In this document: in pieces, positions 48,433 to 58,632 of the stretch
How positions within the stretch are numbered: the first letter of the stretch is position 1
Layout of the letters: each line of letters begins with the position of its first letter
Assembly: GCA_964597265.1 (NCBI GenBank)
Contig: CAZQWJ010000002.1
Coordinates: 12,250-74,882, forward strand
Direction of reading: 5' to 3'
DNA length: 62,633 nt
Source: an uncultured Candidatus Saccharibacteria bacterium
GTDB taxonomy: Bacteria > Patescibacteriota > 4484-211 > JAGQKX01
The notes under the pieces: generated by a model
Told to the model about the DNA's origin: nothing
The model's input: the letters and a program-made list of their open reading frames with translations, nothing else
The model's database searches: none
Position numbers and translations under genes: made by a program

Positions 48433-50669
48433 GAGGATAGTGGGTCATCCGACATCCGGCCAGACTGTACCAGATATTCTCGTATTTTTTCTTTGTATAC
48501 CTCTCGAGGATTGCTGCCGTCAGGTGAAGATACCATGCCTCTTTGCTCCAACTCGTCCAAAAGGCGGGCGGCACGTGCATATCCAATCTTGAGACGTCGT
48601 TGCAGAAGTGATGCCGAAGCACGGTCATGATTGACAATTTCCTGCAACGCCTCATCAAACTTATTATCCTCTGGTTCTTCAAAATCCGGCGTCCGGGTAG
48701 TAGCCGTTGCAGCCTGCCAATCCGACACACTTTCTGCGCCTATTTCTAATTCACTGCCTTCGCCAGTTAACTCTGTTGCCCGCAGTGCCTGTTGTGGCTG
48801 GGAAAACTGCTTCAGATGTGTAATCACATCTCGAAGCTCCTTATCAGAAACCCAAACACCTTGAATACGTCGCGGTTTGGCGGCATCTGGCGGTAGATAT
48901 AGCATGTCTCCTCGACCTATCAACTTATCCGCTCCAGCAGAATCCAAAATCACTCGTGAATCAGTCACAGACGTGACATTCAGTGCGATGCGAGTGGGGA
49001 TGTTGGCTTTGATCAAACCGGTAATCACATCAACTGACGGTCGTTGAGTTGCCAACACAAGGTGAATCCCTGTCGCACGGCTCATCTGTGCCAGACGCGT
49101 AATCAGTCCTTCAGCTTCGTTTTTGGCGTACGCCATAAGGTCAGCCATCTCGTCTACAATGATGATGATATATGGTAGCTTGGTTGTGTCAGTCGCTTCG
49201 TTAAAAGAAGGCAGATCACGTACACCAGGGATCTGTTGAAACAACTTGTACCTGTGTTCCATTTCGTGCACCGCCCATTTGAACGCATTAACTGCCTTAT
49301 CTGCATCTACGATCACCGGCCGCAACAAGTGTGGAATACCGTTATACTGAGTCAGCTCAACTCGTTTGGGATCAATAAACATAAACTGCACTTCATCCGG
49401 CCGTCGTTTATACAACAATGACACAATAAGTGAATGGATCAGCACTGATTTGCCAGCGCCAGTAGCTCCAGCAATTAGCACGTGCGGCCACTTGGTCATA
49501 TCAGCTATTTCAGTTTCGCCTGCAACGTTTTGGCCTAAGATGGCCAAGAGCTTTGCCTTACTCTCCTGTACATGCTCGGACAATAGGGCATTGCGCATAG
49601 TCACAATCGTTGAGGTGTAATTAGGAACTTCAATGCCAACAAGTTTTTTACCAGGGATAGGCGCCTCCACGCGGACTGCGCCCGTTGGTGCTGCCAATGC
49701 CAGCGCCAAATCATTCTGCAATGAAGTGATCTTAGTAATCTTAGTTCCCTCAGCCAAATTCAATGCATACTGTGTTACCGCCGGCCCTAGATTGACCTCT
49801 GCTACCCGCGCCTGAACGCCAAAACTATCCAAAGTTTTTTCGATGATTGCTGCATTTTTTTCAATATCACCTCGATCTGCTGGCGTTTCTTCAGCATCAG
49901 ACAGCAAGGAAAGTGGTGGCGGTTCGTATTCTCGGATAGGTAAACCCGCCTGTCCCTGATCCGCCACGCTAGCTATCGGAGCTGGTTTCATATCATCTTC
50001 AAGCACTTCCAAGGGTACTCGGTCGTCTTTTGGCTTATTGATACGAATAGTCTGTACGTTACCTTCAGCGTCTACAGGCAATCCTGCGTCTGCATCTTGC
50101 TCTCCGCGCTTAGATCGTAGGCTTTCCAATTGCTTGATTGCACCTATCACCGGTACGACCGCACGACCACCCAATGCACCCAACTCCTCAAGCGACGTGT
50201 TGAAAATGATAATAAGACCGATCATCAACAATGCCAGCGCCATCACAAATGCACCAAAAACCGAAAACAGGTTCACCAGTAATCCTCCGAGGTAGTATCC
50301 AATCATGCCTCCGCCCACACCTGTCTTTGCTAATTCCAAAGAATTATTCCCGTTACTAATCAAATGGAATAACGTAATAAAACCCAGTGTCAGAACCAGC
50401 AAACCCCAAAAAATACGCGCCTGAGCAATATCCCATCTGATTTTGGTCAATGATAGCCCAGCAAAGAAAAACAGCGGCGGAACCATAAACGTCGCGGTAC
50501 CAACATACGCTTTGAGGAAGGTAAACAAAAAGTTATCCAGGTCCATCGAAGTGCCAATGATACTAAGTAGACTTAACAGTGCGAACAATATCAAAAGCAG
50601 CGCGATGAGCGAAATGGTAGACCTTGGTTTGAGACCCAATTGTAAGAAACGTTTTTTTCTACGAGGCAT
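48429..50669 (-). CDS. ftsK: DNA translocase FtsK/SpoIIIE
   Basis: Start set to the ATG at 50669; the ORF-track start is GTG. N-terminal TM bundle, Walker A GATGAGKS, Walker B IIIVDEMADL, gamma wHTH LLQRRLKIGYARAARLLDELE. Confidence 0.9.
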   Translation of the reverse strand: MPRRKKRFLQLGLKPRSTISLIALLLILFALLSLLSIIGTSMDLDNFLFTFLKAYVGTATFMVPPLFFFAGLSLTKIRWDIAQARIFWGLLVLTLGFITLFHLISNGNNSLELAKTGVGGGMIGYYLGGLLVNLFSVFGAFVMALALLMIGLIIIFNTSLEELGALGGRAVVPVIGAIKQLESLRSKRGEQDADAGLPVDAEGNVQTIRINKPKDDRVPLEVLEDDMKPAPIASVADQGQAGLPIREYEPPPLSLLSDAEETPADRGDIEKNAAIIEKTLDSFGVQARVAEVNLGPAVTQYALNLAEGTKITKITSLQNDLALALAAPTGAVRVEAPIPGKKLVGIEVPNYTSTIVTMRNALLSEHVQESKAKLLAILGQNVAGETEIADMTKWPHVLIAGATGAGKSVLIHSLIVSLLYKRRPDEVQFMFIDPKRVELTQYNGIPHLLRPVIVDADKAVNAFKWAVHEMEHRYKLFQQIPGVRDLPSFNEATDTTKLPYIIIIVDEMADLMAYAKNEAEGLITRLAQMSRATGIHLVLATQRPSVDVITGLIKANIPTRIALNVTSVTDSRVILDSAGADKLIGRGDMLYLPPDAAKPRRIQGVWVSDKELRDVITHLKQFSQPQQALRATELTGEGSELEIGAESVSDWQAATATTRTPDFEEPEDNKFDEALQEIVNHDRASASLLQRRLKIGYARAARLLDELEQRGMVSSPDGSNPREVYKEKIREYLVQSGRMSDDPLSS

Positions 50670-50808
50670 ACAACATTTTCCGCTCTCATTGTACACAAAA
50701 CAACTAGTATATTAAAATAGAGAGGCTATCTGGATGAAGTCAAGGCACCACGCGGAGTATCCAAATGATCAGTTGGTTGAGGCTGATTTGAACAGCACGT
50801 GCCACGCC

Positions 50809-52569
50809 TTAATCTTTTTTCTTACCTGTACTTTGTCGAGGATTCGTAAGAAAAGCTACGATCATAGGGTTTCTACCTGTTTGTTTGTACAAAAAGTCTG
50901 CAAGCTTCTTTTCTATACTTTCCCGTACCTTGGACCAATTGCGTACGCTCTGGTCCTTAATCTCTTCCAAGACCACTCGCTCAGATTCTTTGATCAGATC
51001 ACCGGAGCTAGACATATACACAAACCCGCGGCTGACGATATCAACGGTTGGGGAAAGTTTGCCCTGCGCGCCTTTTTGGAGAACCACCACCACGATACCG
51101 CTATCGGACAAAATCTGACGGTCACGAATGACTACATTGCCAACATCCCCAACACCAGAGCCATCAACAAAGACGTCTTTTACGGTGATGGGTTCACCCA
51201 GTTTCACCTCGCCTTCTTGAATATACAGTGTTTCGGTGGTTCGCATTTCAAACACATAATCACGTCGATACCCCATATGTTCAACCATCTCTGCATAAGC
51301 CCGCTGGTGACGCGGATCTCCCCCAATAGGCATAAAATACTTTGGTCTGGTCAAGCCTACCATCAAGCATAAGTCGCCACGAGCACCGTGCCCTGATACG
51401 TGTAAATTATCTTGAATAGCGGAATATGCGACGGTTGCACCAAGAAGTGTCAATCGGTCAATCAATGTGCCCACGAGGTCATGTACACCCGGAATCGGAT
51501 CAGCAGAAAAAATCACTGTCGCATCAGGCAGCAACATGATATCTCGATGTGCTTGACGTGAAACGCGATCAAGCCCCGAGCCTTCCTGAGCGTAACAACC
51601 GGCAATAATATAGGTAATCTGATTAGGCTGTAAATTACGTGCATCACGCGGCTCTACTATCACATCGTCGGGAAAATCCATATACCCAAGCGTTCGAGCT
51701 ACTTTTACATTTTGTCCTATCGAACGACCGACAAAACACACTTTGCGGCCATACTTGCGCGAGGCCTCAACTGCCTGATGCATCCGTGAAATATTGGACG
51801 AAATGGTGGTGATGAACACCTGGCCACGTGCTTCTTCAATATACCGTTCAAATGTCTCTTGAATAGCAAGCTCCGAGTGCGTATAACCTTCATTTGTGGA
51901 TCCCAAACTGTCTGAGGCCAAGAGCAACACGCCTTCCTCAGCCAAACGTGCCAATTTGCTTACTTCAAATTGTTTGCCATCGACAGGGGTCCAGTCGAAT
52001 TTGAAATCCGCCGCATGGATGAGATTCCCCACTGGAGTTTTGATAAATAGCCCCATGGTGTCTGGTACAGAGTGGTTCACGCGAAATGGCGTAATTTGAA
52101 AATTGCCCAAGTGGAACGCCTCATCGGTTTCTGGAATAATTTCATTGAATTCCTGATTATCAGCAAGTCCTGCAGAATCGCTCAGTTTGTTTTGGATAAA
52201 ACCCAACACCAATTTGGCTGCATAAATGGGAGGCTTATGAAGCTCTTTAAGCACATACGGCAAAGCACCAAAGTGATCTTCGTGCGCGTGCGTGATCACA
52301 ATGCCTCGCACCTTATCCAGCTTATCCAGCAAGTACGTAATATCAGGGATAATAAGATCAACACCCAACTGCTCAGAATCAGGAAACTCCACCCCGCAGT
52401 CAACAATAACAATATCCTCAATTGTTGACCCGTCCGGCAGGTACTCATACACAAACATATTACGATTAACATGACCAGCACTACCCAGAGGTACGACCCG
52501 CACGGCAGCTGCGGAAGTATGTGGTTGTTGGATTGGTTTTGTGTTGTTTCGAAAAAGTCGTTGAATCAT
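50809..52569 (-). CDS. rnj: Ribonuclease J
   Basis: 586 aa with metallo-beta-lactamase motif THAHEDHFG, beta-CASP and a C-terminal domain. Confidence 0.9.
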   Translation of the reverse strand: MIQRLFRNNTKPIQQPHTSAAAVRVVPLGSAGHVNRNMFVYEYLPDGSTIEDIVIVDCGVEFPDSEQLGVDLIIPDITYLLDKLDKVRGIVITHAHEDHFGALPYVLKELHKPPIYAAKLVLGFIQNKLSDSAGLADNQEFNEIIPETDEAFHLGNFQITPFRVNHSVPDTMGLFIKTPVGNLIHAADFKFDWTPVDGKQFEVSKLARLAEEGVLLLASDSLGSTNEGYTHSELAIQETFERYIEEARGQVFITTISSNISRMHQAVEASRKYGRKVCFVGRSIGQNVKVARTLGYMDFPDDVIVEPRDARNLQPNQITYIIAGCYAQEGSGLDRVSRQAHRDIMLLPDATVIFSADPIPGVHDLVGTLIDRLTLLGATVAYSAIQDNLHVSGHGARGDLCLMVGLTRPKYFMPIGGDPRHQRAYAEMVEHMGYRRDYVFEMRTTETLYIQEGEVKLGEPITVKDVFVDGSGVGDVGNVVIRDRQILSDSGIVVVVLQKGAQGKLSPTVDIVSRGFVYMSSSGDLIKESERVVLEEIKDQSVRNWSKVRESIEKKLADFLYKQTGRNPMIVAFLTNPRQSTGKKKD

Positions 52570-52575
52570 ACAATC

Positions 52576-53718
52576 TTAATATTTGGGCAGATATTCCTTA
52601 ATGTTCTCCATAGTGATGCGAAATGTATTACCCTGCCCTAGCACCATCTTTTTGGCCGCTTTGCGCACTATAGCGTTGATCGTGCGCTCCATGGTACGTA
52701 TACCTGCATCAAAACCCAATGGTCGAGTTATATTTTGCCACACATCGTCATCAAACGAAATAGCGTCCGCAGGCATGCCGGTTACTTGCAACTGCCTCGG
52801 AAGGAGATAGTCCCGCGCAATGATGATCTTTTCGTCATCAGAATATCCAGGCATTTTGATCAGCTCCATACGGTCAAGCACTGCATTGGCAATCCCTCCG
52901 GTGTTGTTGGCTGATGCCAGAAACATCACTTCGGACAAATCAAACGGGTAGTCTATGTAGTGATCCCGAAACGCGAAGTTTTGCTGTGGATCCAGAAGCT
53001 CTAACAATACTCCCATAATCTGTGCTCGCGCCTGCTCGGCTGTGCGGTCTACTTCATCAAGCAATATTACCGGATTTTTTGTTTTGACACTCACCAATGC
53101 CTTCACCACCTGGCCCGGCTCTGCCTCCGCGTGCATTCGGCTTTGGCCTCTGAGCTGGAGCGCATCTCCCATACCACCCATCGGGATACGGTAAAACTCG
53201 CGGTTCATGGATTTGGCTATGGTGTATGCAATAGACGTTTTACCAATACCCGGCAACCCCACGAAAAACAATACTGGAGATGCCATTGCACCCTGTTTGC
53301 CAAATTCTTTTCTGGCTGAGCTGCTTTCCTCATCTTCTTTTGTACGTAGCTGTAAAGTAAGCACTGCCAGATATTCCAAAATACGCTCTTTGATACTCTC
53401 GAGTCCGAAGTGGGTAGTTTCCAAAATCTCCCGTGCTTTGTCTAAATCAAGGTTGTCCTGCGAGCGTGTATTCCATGGTAAGGCCAACGTCCATTCTATA
53501 TACCGGCTGGTGTTATCAAACGCACCATTATACCCAGCAGTACCGTGTTGCCTGCTCAAGCCTTCCAACTCTCGAAACACTTTCTTTTTCAGCTCTGGAG
53601 GGAGGAAAACAGCCTCAACCTGATCTACCAGTTTTTGAACTTCTTCGGGTACTTTGCCTTCCACAGAAAAGGTAACAATTGGTTCTTCGACAGAGGCAGT
53701 TGGTGATACATCATCCAT
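52576..53718 (-). CDS. Lon-type AAA+ ATPase module without a protease domain
   Basis: 380 aa with YIEWTLALPW, HFGLESIKERILEYLAV, Walker A GLPGIGKTS, Walker B ILLDEVD, DRMELIKMPGY. It ends at the point where the Lon S16 domain normally starts. Confidence 0.8.
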   Translation of the reverse strand: MDDVSPTASVEEPIVTFSVEGKVPEEVQKLVDQVEAVFLPPELKKKVFRELEGLSRQHGTAGYNGAFDNTSRYIEWTLALPWNTRSQDNLDLDKAREILETTHFGLESIKERILEYLAVLTLQLRTKEDEESSSARKEFGKQGAMASPVLFFVGLPGIGKTSIAYTIAKSMNREFYRIPMGGMGDALQLRGQSRMHAEAEPGQVVKALVSVKTKNPVILLDEVDRTAEQARAQIMGVLLELLDPQQNFAFRDHYIDYPFDLSEVMFLASANNTGGIANAVLDRMELIKMPGYSDDEKIIIARDYLLPRQLQVTGMPADAISFDDDVWQNITRPLGFDAGIRTMERTINAIVRKAAKKMVLGQGNTFRITMENIKEYLPKY

Positions 53719-53751
53719 ACAAATTAGAATACAGGATACGGGGTCTATTGG

Positions 53752-55836
53752 CTACTCGGAAGTTGCTTTTTTGATACTCAAGTTAATTCGTCCTCGATCA
53801 TCGATCTCAATGACCTTCACGGTAACGACATCTCCTTCTTTCAAATGGTCGCGTACGTTTTCTACGTAATCTGCGGCAATTTCAGAAATATGTACCAGCC
53901 CTTCTTTGCCTGGCAGGTATTCTACAAACGCACCAAAATCGAGAATGCGTTTGACCGTACCCTCATATACTTCGCCAACTTCCGGCTCGTGGGTAATGCC
54001 CTCAATGCGTCGGCGGGCGTTTTTGATACCTTCTTCTTCGACTCCAGTGATAAATACCGTGCCGTCTTCTTCGATATTGATCACGGTTTGAGTATCAGCT
54101 TGAATAGCTTTGATGACTTTTCCACCCGGCCCGATGACCTCACCTATTTTCTCGGGATCAATTTTGACCGTGTCTACTTTCGGCGCATACTGTGACAAAG
54201 CGGTGCGAGGCGACTCGATCACTTTGAGCATTTCTTCCAGGATGAACATCCGTCCGTCGTAGGCTTGTTTGAATATATCTCGGATAAGGTCAATTCCTAA
54301 TCCTTGATTCTTCACATCCACCTGCACGGCGGTAACGCCATTTTTAGTACCGGCTACCTTGAAATCCATGTCTCCAGCCATATCTTCTTCTCCCATTAAG
54401 TCAGTCAATATGACCACTTTTTCACCGTCTTCGACCAGACCCATAGCAACACCCGCAACCGGTTCTTTGATTGGCACCCCAGCATCCATTAAAGAGAGCG
54501 TCGAACCGCAGACTGATGCCATGGAAGACGAACCATTTGAAGATAGAATCTCACTGACTACCCGAATGGTATATGGAAATTGCTCTTCTGACGGGATGAC
54601 TGGCTCCAGGGCTCGCTCAGCCAACGCACCATGACCGATCTCGCGTCGCTTGGGACTACCGACACGGCCTGTTTCTCCAGTAGAAAATGGCGGGAAGTTG
54701 TAATGGTGGATGTAGCGTTTGGTCTCTTCTCCAGTCATACTCTCAATTAACTGTTCCAACGACGTAGAGCCTAACGTGGTAACAGTCAAAGCCTGCGTGT
54801 CTCCGCGTTGGAAGACCGCTGAGCCGTGAGTCCGAGGAAGCAAACCTACTTCAATTCCCAATGGTCGAACAACATCCATTGGACGATTATCCAAACGTTT
54901 GCCTTCTTCGAGAATGTGGCGGCGAATCTCTTCACGACGCATAGATTCAAATCGGCTGGCCATGTATGCTTTGGTCGCTTTACCCTCAAATGCAGCAAAA
55001 AGCTTTTCAAGAAACTCCGCACGTTCTGCTCGTGCCTCTGCTTTTTCTTTATTTTCGTTGGCATGGAGATCAAAATTTTCCCGTATAAACGTATTGATCG
55101 TATTAGCCAGTGTTCCATCAATCACAGGCTTTTCGTATTCCATCCGCACCATGCCTGCCTCCTGCGCAAAACTCTCTATGGTTTCAATAATTTTGCGATT
55201 CTCTGACAATGCTACTTCTATACCATTCACCAGTTCTTCCTCTGGTACTTCTTCGGCTCCTACCTCAAGCATAAGTACTTTTTCTTTGGTGCTTGATACC
55301 ACCATGTCTAATTGAGAATATTCCATTTCGGTTGTCAGCAGGGGATTAATCATAAACGTGCCATTGACCTTACCAATACGTACACCACCTATAGGACCGC
55401 TCCATGGTGCACCAGCTAACTCCAATGCTGTCGATGCCGCGACCAGACCCACTATCGCTGGATCATTATCCTGATCAACAGACAGGACGGTCACAATGAC
55501 CTGCACATCATGTTTGAAATCTTTGGGAAATAATGGCCTGATAGAGCGATCGATCAATCTACCGTTTAGGATGGCTTCATCTCGTGGACGACCTTCACGC
55601 TTTACCCATGGGGATCCTTTGATCAGCCCACCGGCGTACAATCGCTCTTCATATTCCACCGTAAGCGGGAAGAAATCAATATCATCACGTGGATCACTAA
55701 TGACCGCTGTCGCCAACACAACGGTTTCGCCATAACGGGCAAGCACAGAACCGCTTGCGAATCGAGCTAATTTACCTGTTTCGAGGGTAAGTATCCTACC
55801 ACCCACTTCTATAGTTTTTGTCTGAACAGTCTGCAT
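53752..55836 (-). CDS. pnp: Polyribonucleotide nucleotidyltransferase (PNPase)
   Basis: 694 aa with two RNase PH domains, KH (GPGGKVIKAIQ) and S1 (GEVYEGTVKRILDFGAFVE). Confidence 0.95.
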   Translation of the reverse strand: MQTVQTKTIEVGGRILTLETGKLARFASGSVLARYGETVVLATAVISDPRDDIDFFPLTVEYEERLYAGGLIKGSPWVKREGRPRDEAILNGRLIDRSIRPLFPKDFKHDVQVIVTVLSVDQDNDPAIVGLVAASTALELAGAPWSGPIGGVRIGKVNGTFMINPLLTTEMEYSQLDMVVSSTKEKVLMLEVGAEEVPEEELVNGIEVALSENRKIIETIESFAQEAGMVRMEYEKPVIDGTLANTINTFIRENFDLHANENKEKAEARAERAEFLEKLFAAFEGKATKAYMASRFESMRREEIRRHILEEGKRLDNRPMDVVRPLGIEVGLLPRTHGSAVFQRGDTQALTVTTLGSTSLEQLIESMTGEETKRYIHHYNFPPFSTGETGRVGSPKRREIGHGALAERALEPVIPSEEQFPYTIRVVSEILSSNGSSSMASVCGSTLSLMDAGVPIKEPVAGVAMGLVEDGEKVVILTDLMGEEDMAGDMDFKVAGTKNGVTAVQVDVKNQGLGIDLIRDIFKQAYDGRMFILEEMLKVIESPRTALSQYAPKVDTVKIDPEKIGEVIGPGGKVIKAIQADTQTVINIEEDGTVFITGVEEEGIKNARRRIEGITHEPEVGEVYEGTVKRILDFGAFVEYLPGKEGLVHISEIAADYVENVRDHLKEGDVVTVKVIEIDDRGRINLSIKKATSE

Positions 55837-55847
55837 GTAATTTGGAG

Positions 55848-55929
55848 GTGATACGTAGTCAGTAGTGAGTAATTAGTAACAAGGCATGTTGCCCGCGCTA
55901 CTTACCACTTACCACGTACTACATATCAC
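55848..55929 (-). promoter_or_regulatory. Long imperfect RNA hairpin in the rpsO-pnp spacer (candidate pnp leader control or RNase III site)
   Basis: Arms 55898-55929 and 55848-55879. On the minus-strand RNA, 23 Watson-Crick and 5 G-U pairs form over 32 positions, and the apical region adds GGCA-ACA-UGCC. On the plus strand the G-U pairs become C-A mismatches. Confidence 0.6.
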
Positions 55930-55957
55930 GCTGTCGCATTATACACCTTTCTCCCTA

Positions 55958-56224
55958 TTATTTAATACCCAATTTTTCAGAAAGGTTCTTATACCGAACA
56001 GGGTCTTTCTTCATGAGATATTTCATTAACCGGCGTCTCTTCCCCACCAACTGTAGCAAACCTCTTCGGCTGCCCTCATCGTGCTTATGCTCCTTGAGGT
56101 GTGATTGCAACCTCTCTATGCGCTCGGTAATGAGAGCAACTTGCACTTCGGGTGACCCGGTATCGGCATCATGAGTTTTGTGTAATCCAATAATATTTAA
56201 TTTTTGATCAACCGTTAGCGACAT
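55958..56224 (-). CDS. rpsO: 30S ribosomal protein S15
   Basis: 88 aa with [16 protein letters not shown] and [16 protein letters not shown]. Confidence 0.95.
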   Translation of the reverse strand: MSLTVDQKLNIIGLHKTHDADTGSPEVQVALITERIERLQSHLKEHKHDEGSRRGLLQLVGKRRRLMKYLMKKDPVRYKNLSEKLGIK

Positions 56225-56262
56225 AATGTAAGTGTGTTATATTTGCCCAGTAAAGTCAAGCA

Positions 56263-56931
56263 TTACCGCCGTTCCAACAAATCTGCTACCATTCTCAGCA
56301 GCCGAGGTGATGCATTCCCTATCTGCGGCAATTCTTGTTTTGTTTCTGCCAGCACTTGCTGTTTCCAGTAATCACGTACAGGCATGTCAAGCTGTTGCGC
56401 AATATGTATAGCCAGCAGTGAGTACACCGGGATATCAGGCATATTCACCGTGAATTTTGCCCACTGACTATTATCACCCGTATTGTCAAGACTGATCGTG
56501 GGCAATTGGTCAAAATCCAGATTATACGAGTGTATTTCCGCAGGAATTTGACTCATATCTTTAACTCCAATAGCGATCAGTACATCAACCTCAAACGACG
56601 GATATGTAATCGTCATCTGGTCTTTGTCCAGCTCTCCAGTGAAAGGATTAAAAGTCAGCTCGACTTCATCATCTCGTATACGGTACTGAAGCCGTTCTAT
56701 CTTTTGACCCTGGTACCCAAACCGAAGCGTAACACTTCGCTCTGGCAGGCCTGGGCGATCGTTATCTGAAGGGCTAAGAAAAACCTTTTTTCCGCTCTCA
56801 TTAAGCGCCTCATATAAGATATGCTGCGCGACGATCTCATCACCCTGATCTACATCCTTAGTTATTAAAAGTACTTTATAGGATCCTTCGATAATTTGCC
56901 TTATTTGAGACAAATCAACATCTGCCTGCAT
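56263..56931 (-). CDS. Hypothetical protein, possibly a degenerate DHH (NrnA-like) domain
   Basis: 222 aa in the slot between infB and rpsO. DQGDEI and SLDNTGDN occupy positions where DHH proteins carry DGD and DHH motifs. Weak call. Confidence 0.3.
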   Translation of the reverse strand: MQADVDLSQIRQIIEGSYKVLLITKDVDQGDEIVAQHILYEALNESGKKVFLSPSDNDRPGLPERSVTLRFGYQGQKIERLQYRIRDDEVELTFNPFTGELDKDQMTITYPSFEVDVLIAIGVKDMSQIPAEIHSYNLDFDQLPTISLDNTGDNSQWAKFTVNMPDIPVYSLLAIHIAQQLDMPVRDYWKQQVLAETKQELPQIGNASPRLLRMVADLLERR

Positions 56932-56971
56932 GGGCGCAAGTGTACTACAACCCTATAGAACAGTCAACAGG

Positions 56972-58483
56972 TCAAGCAGGGAAAATCAAAAACGTATCTC
57001 CGGGTTCAAACGCAACTGGAGTAGATAAAATGATACCGCATTCTTCTCCTTCGTTAATCTTGCTCTTTTGTTCTTTTCCCTGTCTGAGTGAGGAGACTCG
57101 CGCCTCAGCAATCACTTCTTCGCCACGAATAACCTGCACCTTGGATCCCTTGGTAACATGCCCGTCAACCACCCTCGAGCCGGCAACCAATGTTCCATCA
57201 CTTAATTCAAACACCTGTAACACTTCTGTTTCTCCAATGGCACGCAATTGATCAGCTTCGCTTTCGAGGAAATCGCCCACATCTTCAAGCGCACGATAGA
57301 TAATATCGTATGTCATCACCGGAACTTTTTCGACTTGGGCTGCATTGACCGAGGCCTTATCCTGGCTGACGTTAAACCCAACGATAATAGCGTTAGACAC
57401 AGCTGCCAACATCACATCTGCTTCGTTAATATCTCCCAGGCCAGCATGAACAATCTCTACTCGCCCTTCATCCGTATTCAGAGCGGTTAATGCTGGTACA
57501 AATGCTTCGAGTGCACCCTGCGTATCGGCCTTGATAACCAATGGAACTATTTTTGTCTCTCCTTCTGTATCTCCACCTGTATCTCCACGTACAGTTGGGG
57601 TAGGCGTTGGAAACGCTTTCTCCTGCATGCTTGCTCGTGCTGCTTTTTCAGAATCAACCTCGGCAAACTGCTGGCCAGCCTGTGGCACCTGTTGCAGACC
57701 CAACACCTCTACCGGCATACCCGGCAGCGCCTCAACAACAGGGTTTCCCAGCCAATCTGTCAGACGCTTGACCTTGCCCCATGCCGTAGGGGTTACGACA
57801 TACGAGCCTTGTTTGAGAGTGCCTTCTTTGATCAAAAATGTAGTGAGTATGCCTCGCCGTGCATCTTGGCGAGCCTCCAACACAATCCCAGCCGCAGGCT
57901 TTGTCACATCCGCTGCCAACTCCTGCATGTCTGCCACTAGACCAACCATCTCAAGTAGTTGCTCTACCCCCTGTCCGGTTGTTGCAGATACTTCTACTGC
58001 CACAACATCTCCGCCCAAATCTTCGGTGACGAGCTCATACTCTGCTAATTCTTGTTTGACGCGTTGAGAGTTGGCAGCAGGCAAATCAATTTTGTTCAAA
58101 GCCACAATAATAGGCACATTGGCAGCTTTTGCGTGTCCGATAGATTCAACGGTTTGAGGTTTGACGCCTTCATTTGCTGCTACCACAAGTATTACAATAT
58201 CTGCCGCACCGCCGCCACGCGCTCGCATTGCGGTGAACGCTGCGTGTCCAGGGGTATCAATGAACGTAATGGGTTTGTCCTGATAGGTAACCTGGTACGC
58301 ACCAATAGATTGGGTGATACCTCCAGCTTCTTTTGCCTGGAGATTGGTTTGGCGGATTTTATCTAATAAGGAGGTTTTGCCATGATCGACATGGCCCAAG
58401 ATAGCCACTACTGGTGGCCTGACCGCTTTATCCGTAGATGACGCTGCAGTTGATTTGGTGTTTCGAGTAGTTTTTTGAGGCAT
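56972..58483 (-). CDS. infB: Translation initiation factor IF-2, minimal form
   Basis: Start set to the ATG at 58483 (MPQKTT...); the ORF-track start 58495 is TTG. The G domain begins about 22 aa in ([22 protein letters not shown]). Confidence 0.9.
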   Translation of the reverse strand: MPQKTTRNTKSTAASSTDKAVRPPVVAILGHVDHGKTSLLDKIRQTNLQAKEAGGITQSIGAYQVTYQDKPITFIDTPGHAAFTAMRARGGGAADIVILVVAANEGVKPQTVESIGHAKAANVPIIVALNKIDLPAANSQRVKQELAEYELVTEDLGGDVVAVEVSATTGQGVEQLLEMVGLVADMQELAADVTKPAAGIVLEARQDARRGILTTFLIKEGTLKQGSYVVTPTAWGKVKRLTDWLGNPVVEALPGMPVEVLGLQQVPQAGQQFAEVDSEKAARASMQEKAFPTPTPTVRGDTGGDTEGETKIVPLVIKADTQGALEAFVPALTALNTDEGRVEIVHAGLGDINEADVMLAAVSNAIIVGFNVSQDKASVNAAQVEKVPVMTYDIIYRALEDVGDFLESEADQLRAIGETEVLQVFELSDGTLVAGSRVVDGHVTKGSKVQVIRGEEVIAEARVSSLRQGKEQKSKINEGEECGIILSTPVAFEPGDTFLIFPA

Positions 58484-58632
58484 AGTTCTGAACAAGCGTA
58501 CGCTCCTCTACCATTTGTTCTGCGCGGCGCTCGCACGATATAGTTTCCGTCATGGTGCGCTATCCGTATCATGGTTTCTTGCGTATCTACCGTCAAACAA
58601 GAGATACACGTGCGGAGAGAATGCTTACGCAT
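58408..58632 (-). CDS. ylxR: YlxR/RnpM-family (DUF448) RNA-binding protein
   Basis: Start set to Met-11 (MRKHSLRTCISC), an ATGCGTAA overlap with the nusA stop. Contains GRGAYAC. Confidence 0.8.
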   Translation of the reverse strand: MRKHSLRTCISCLTVDTQETMIRIAHHDGNYIVRAPRRTNGRGAYACSELCLKKLLETPNQLQRHLRIKRSGHQ

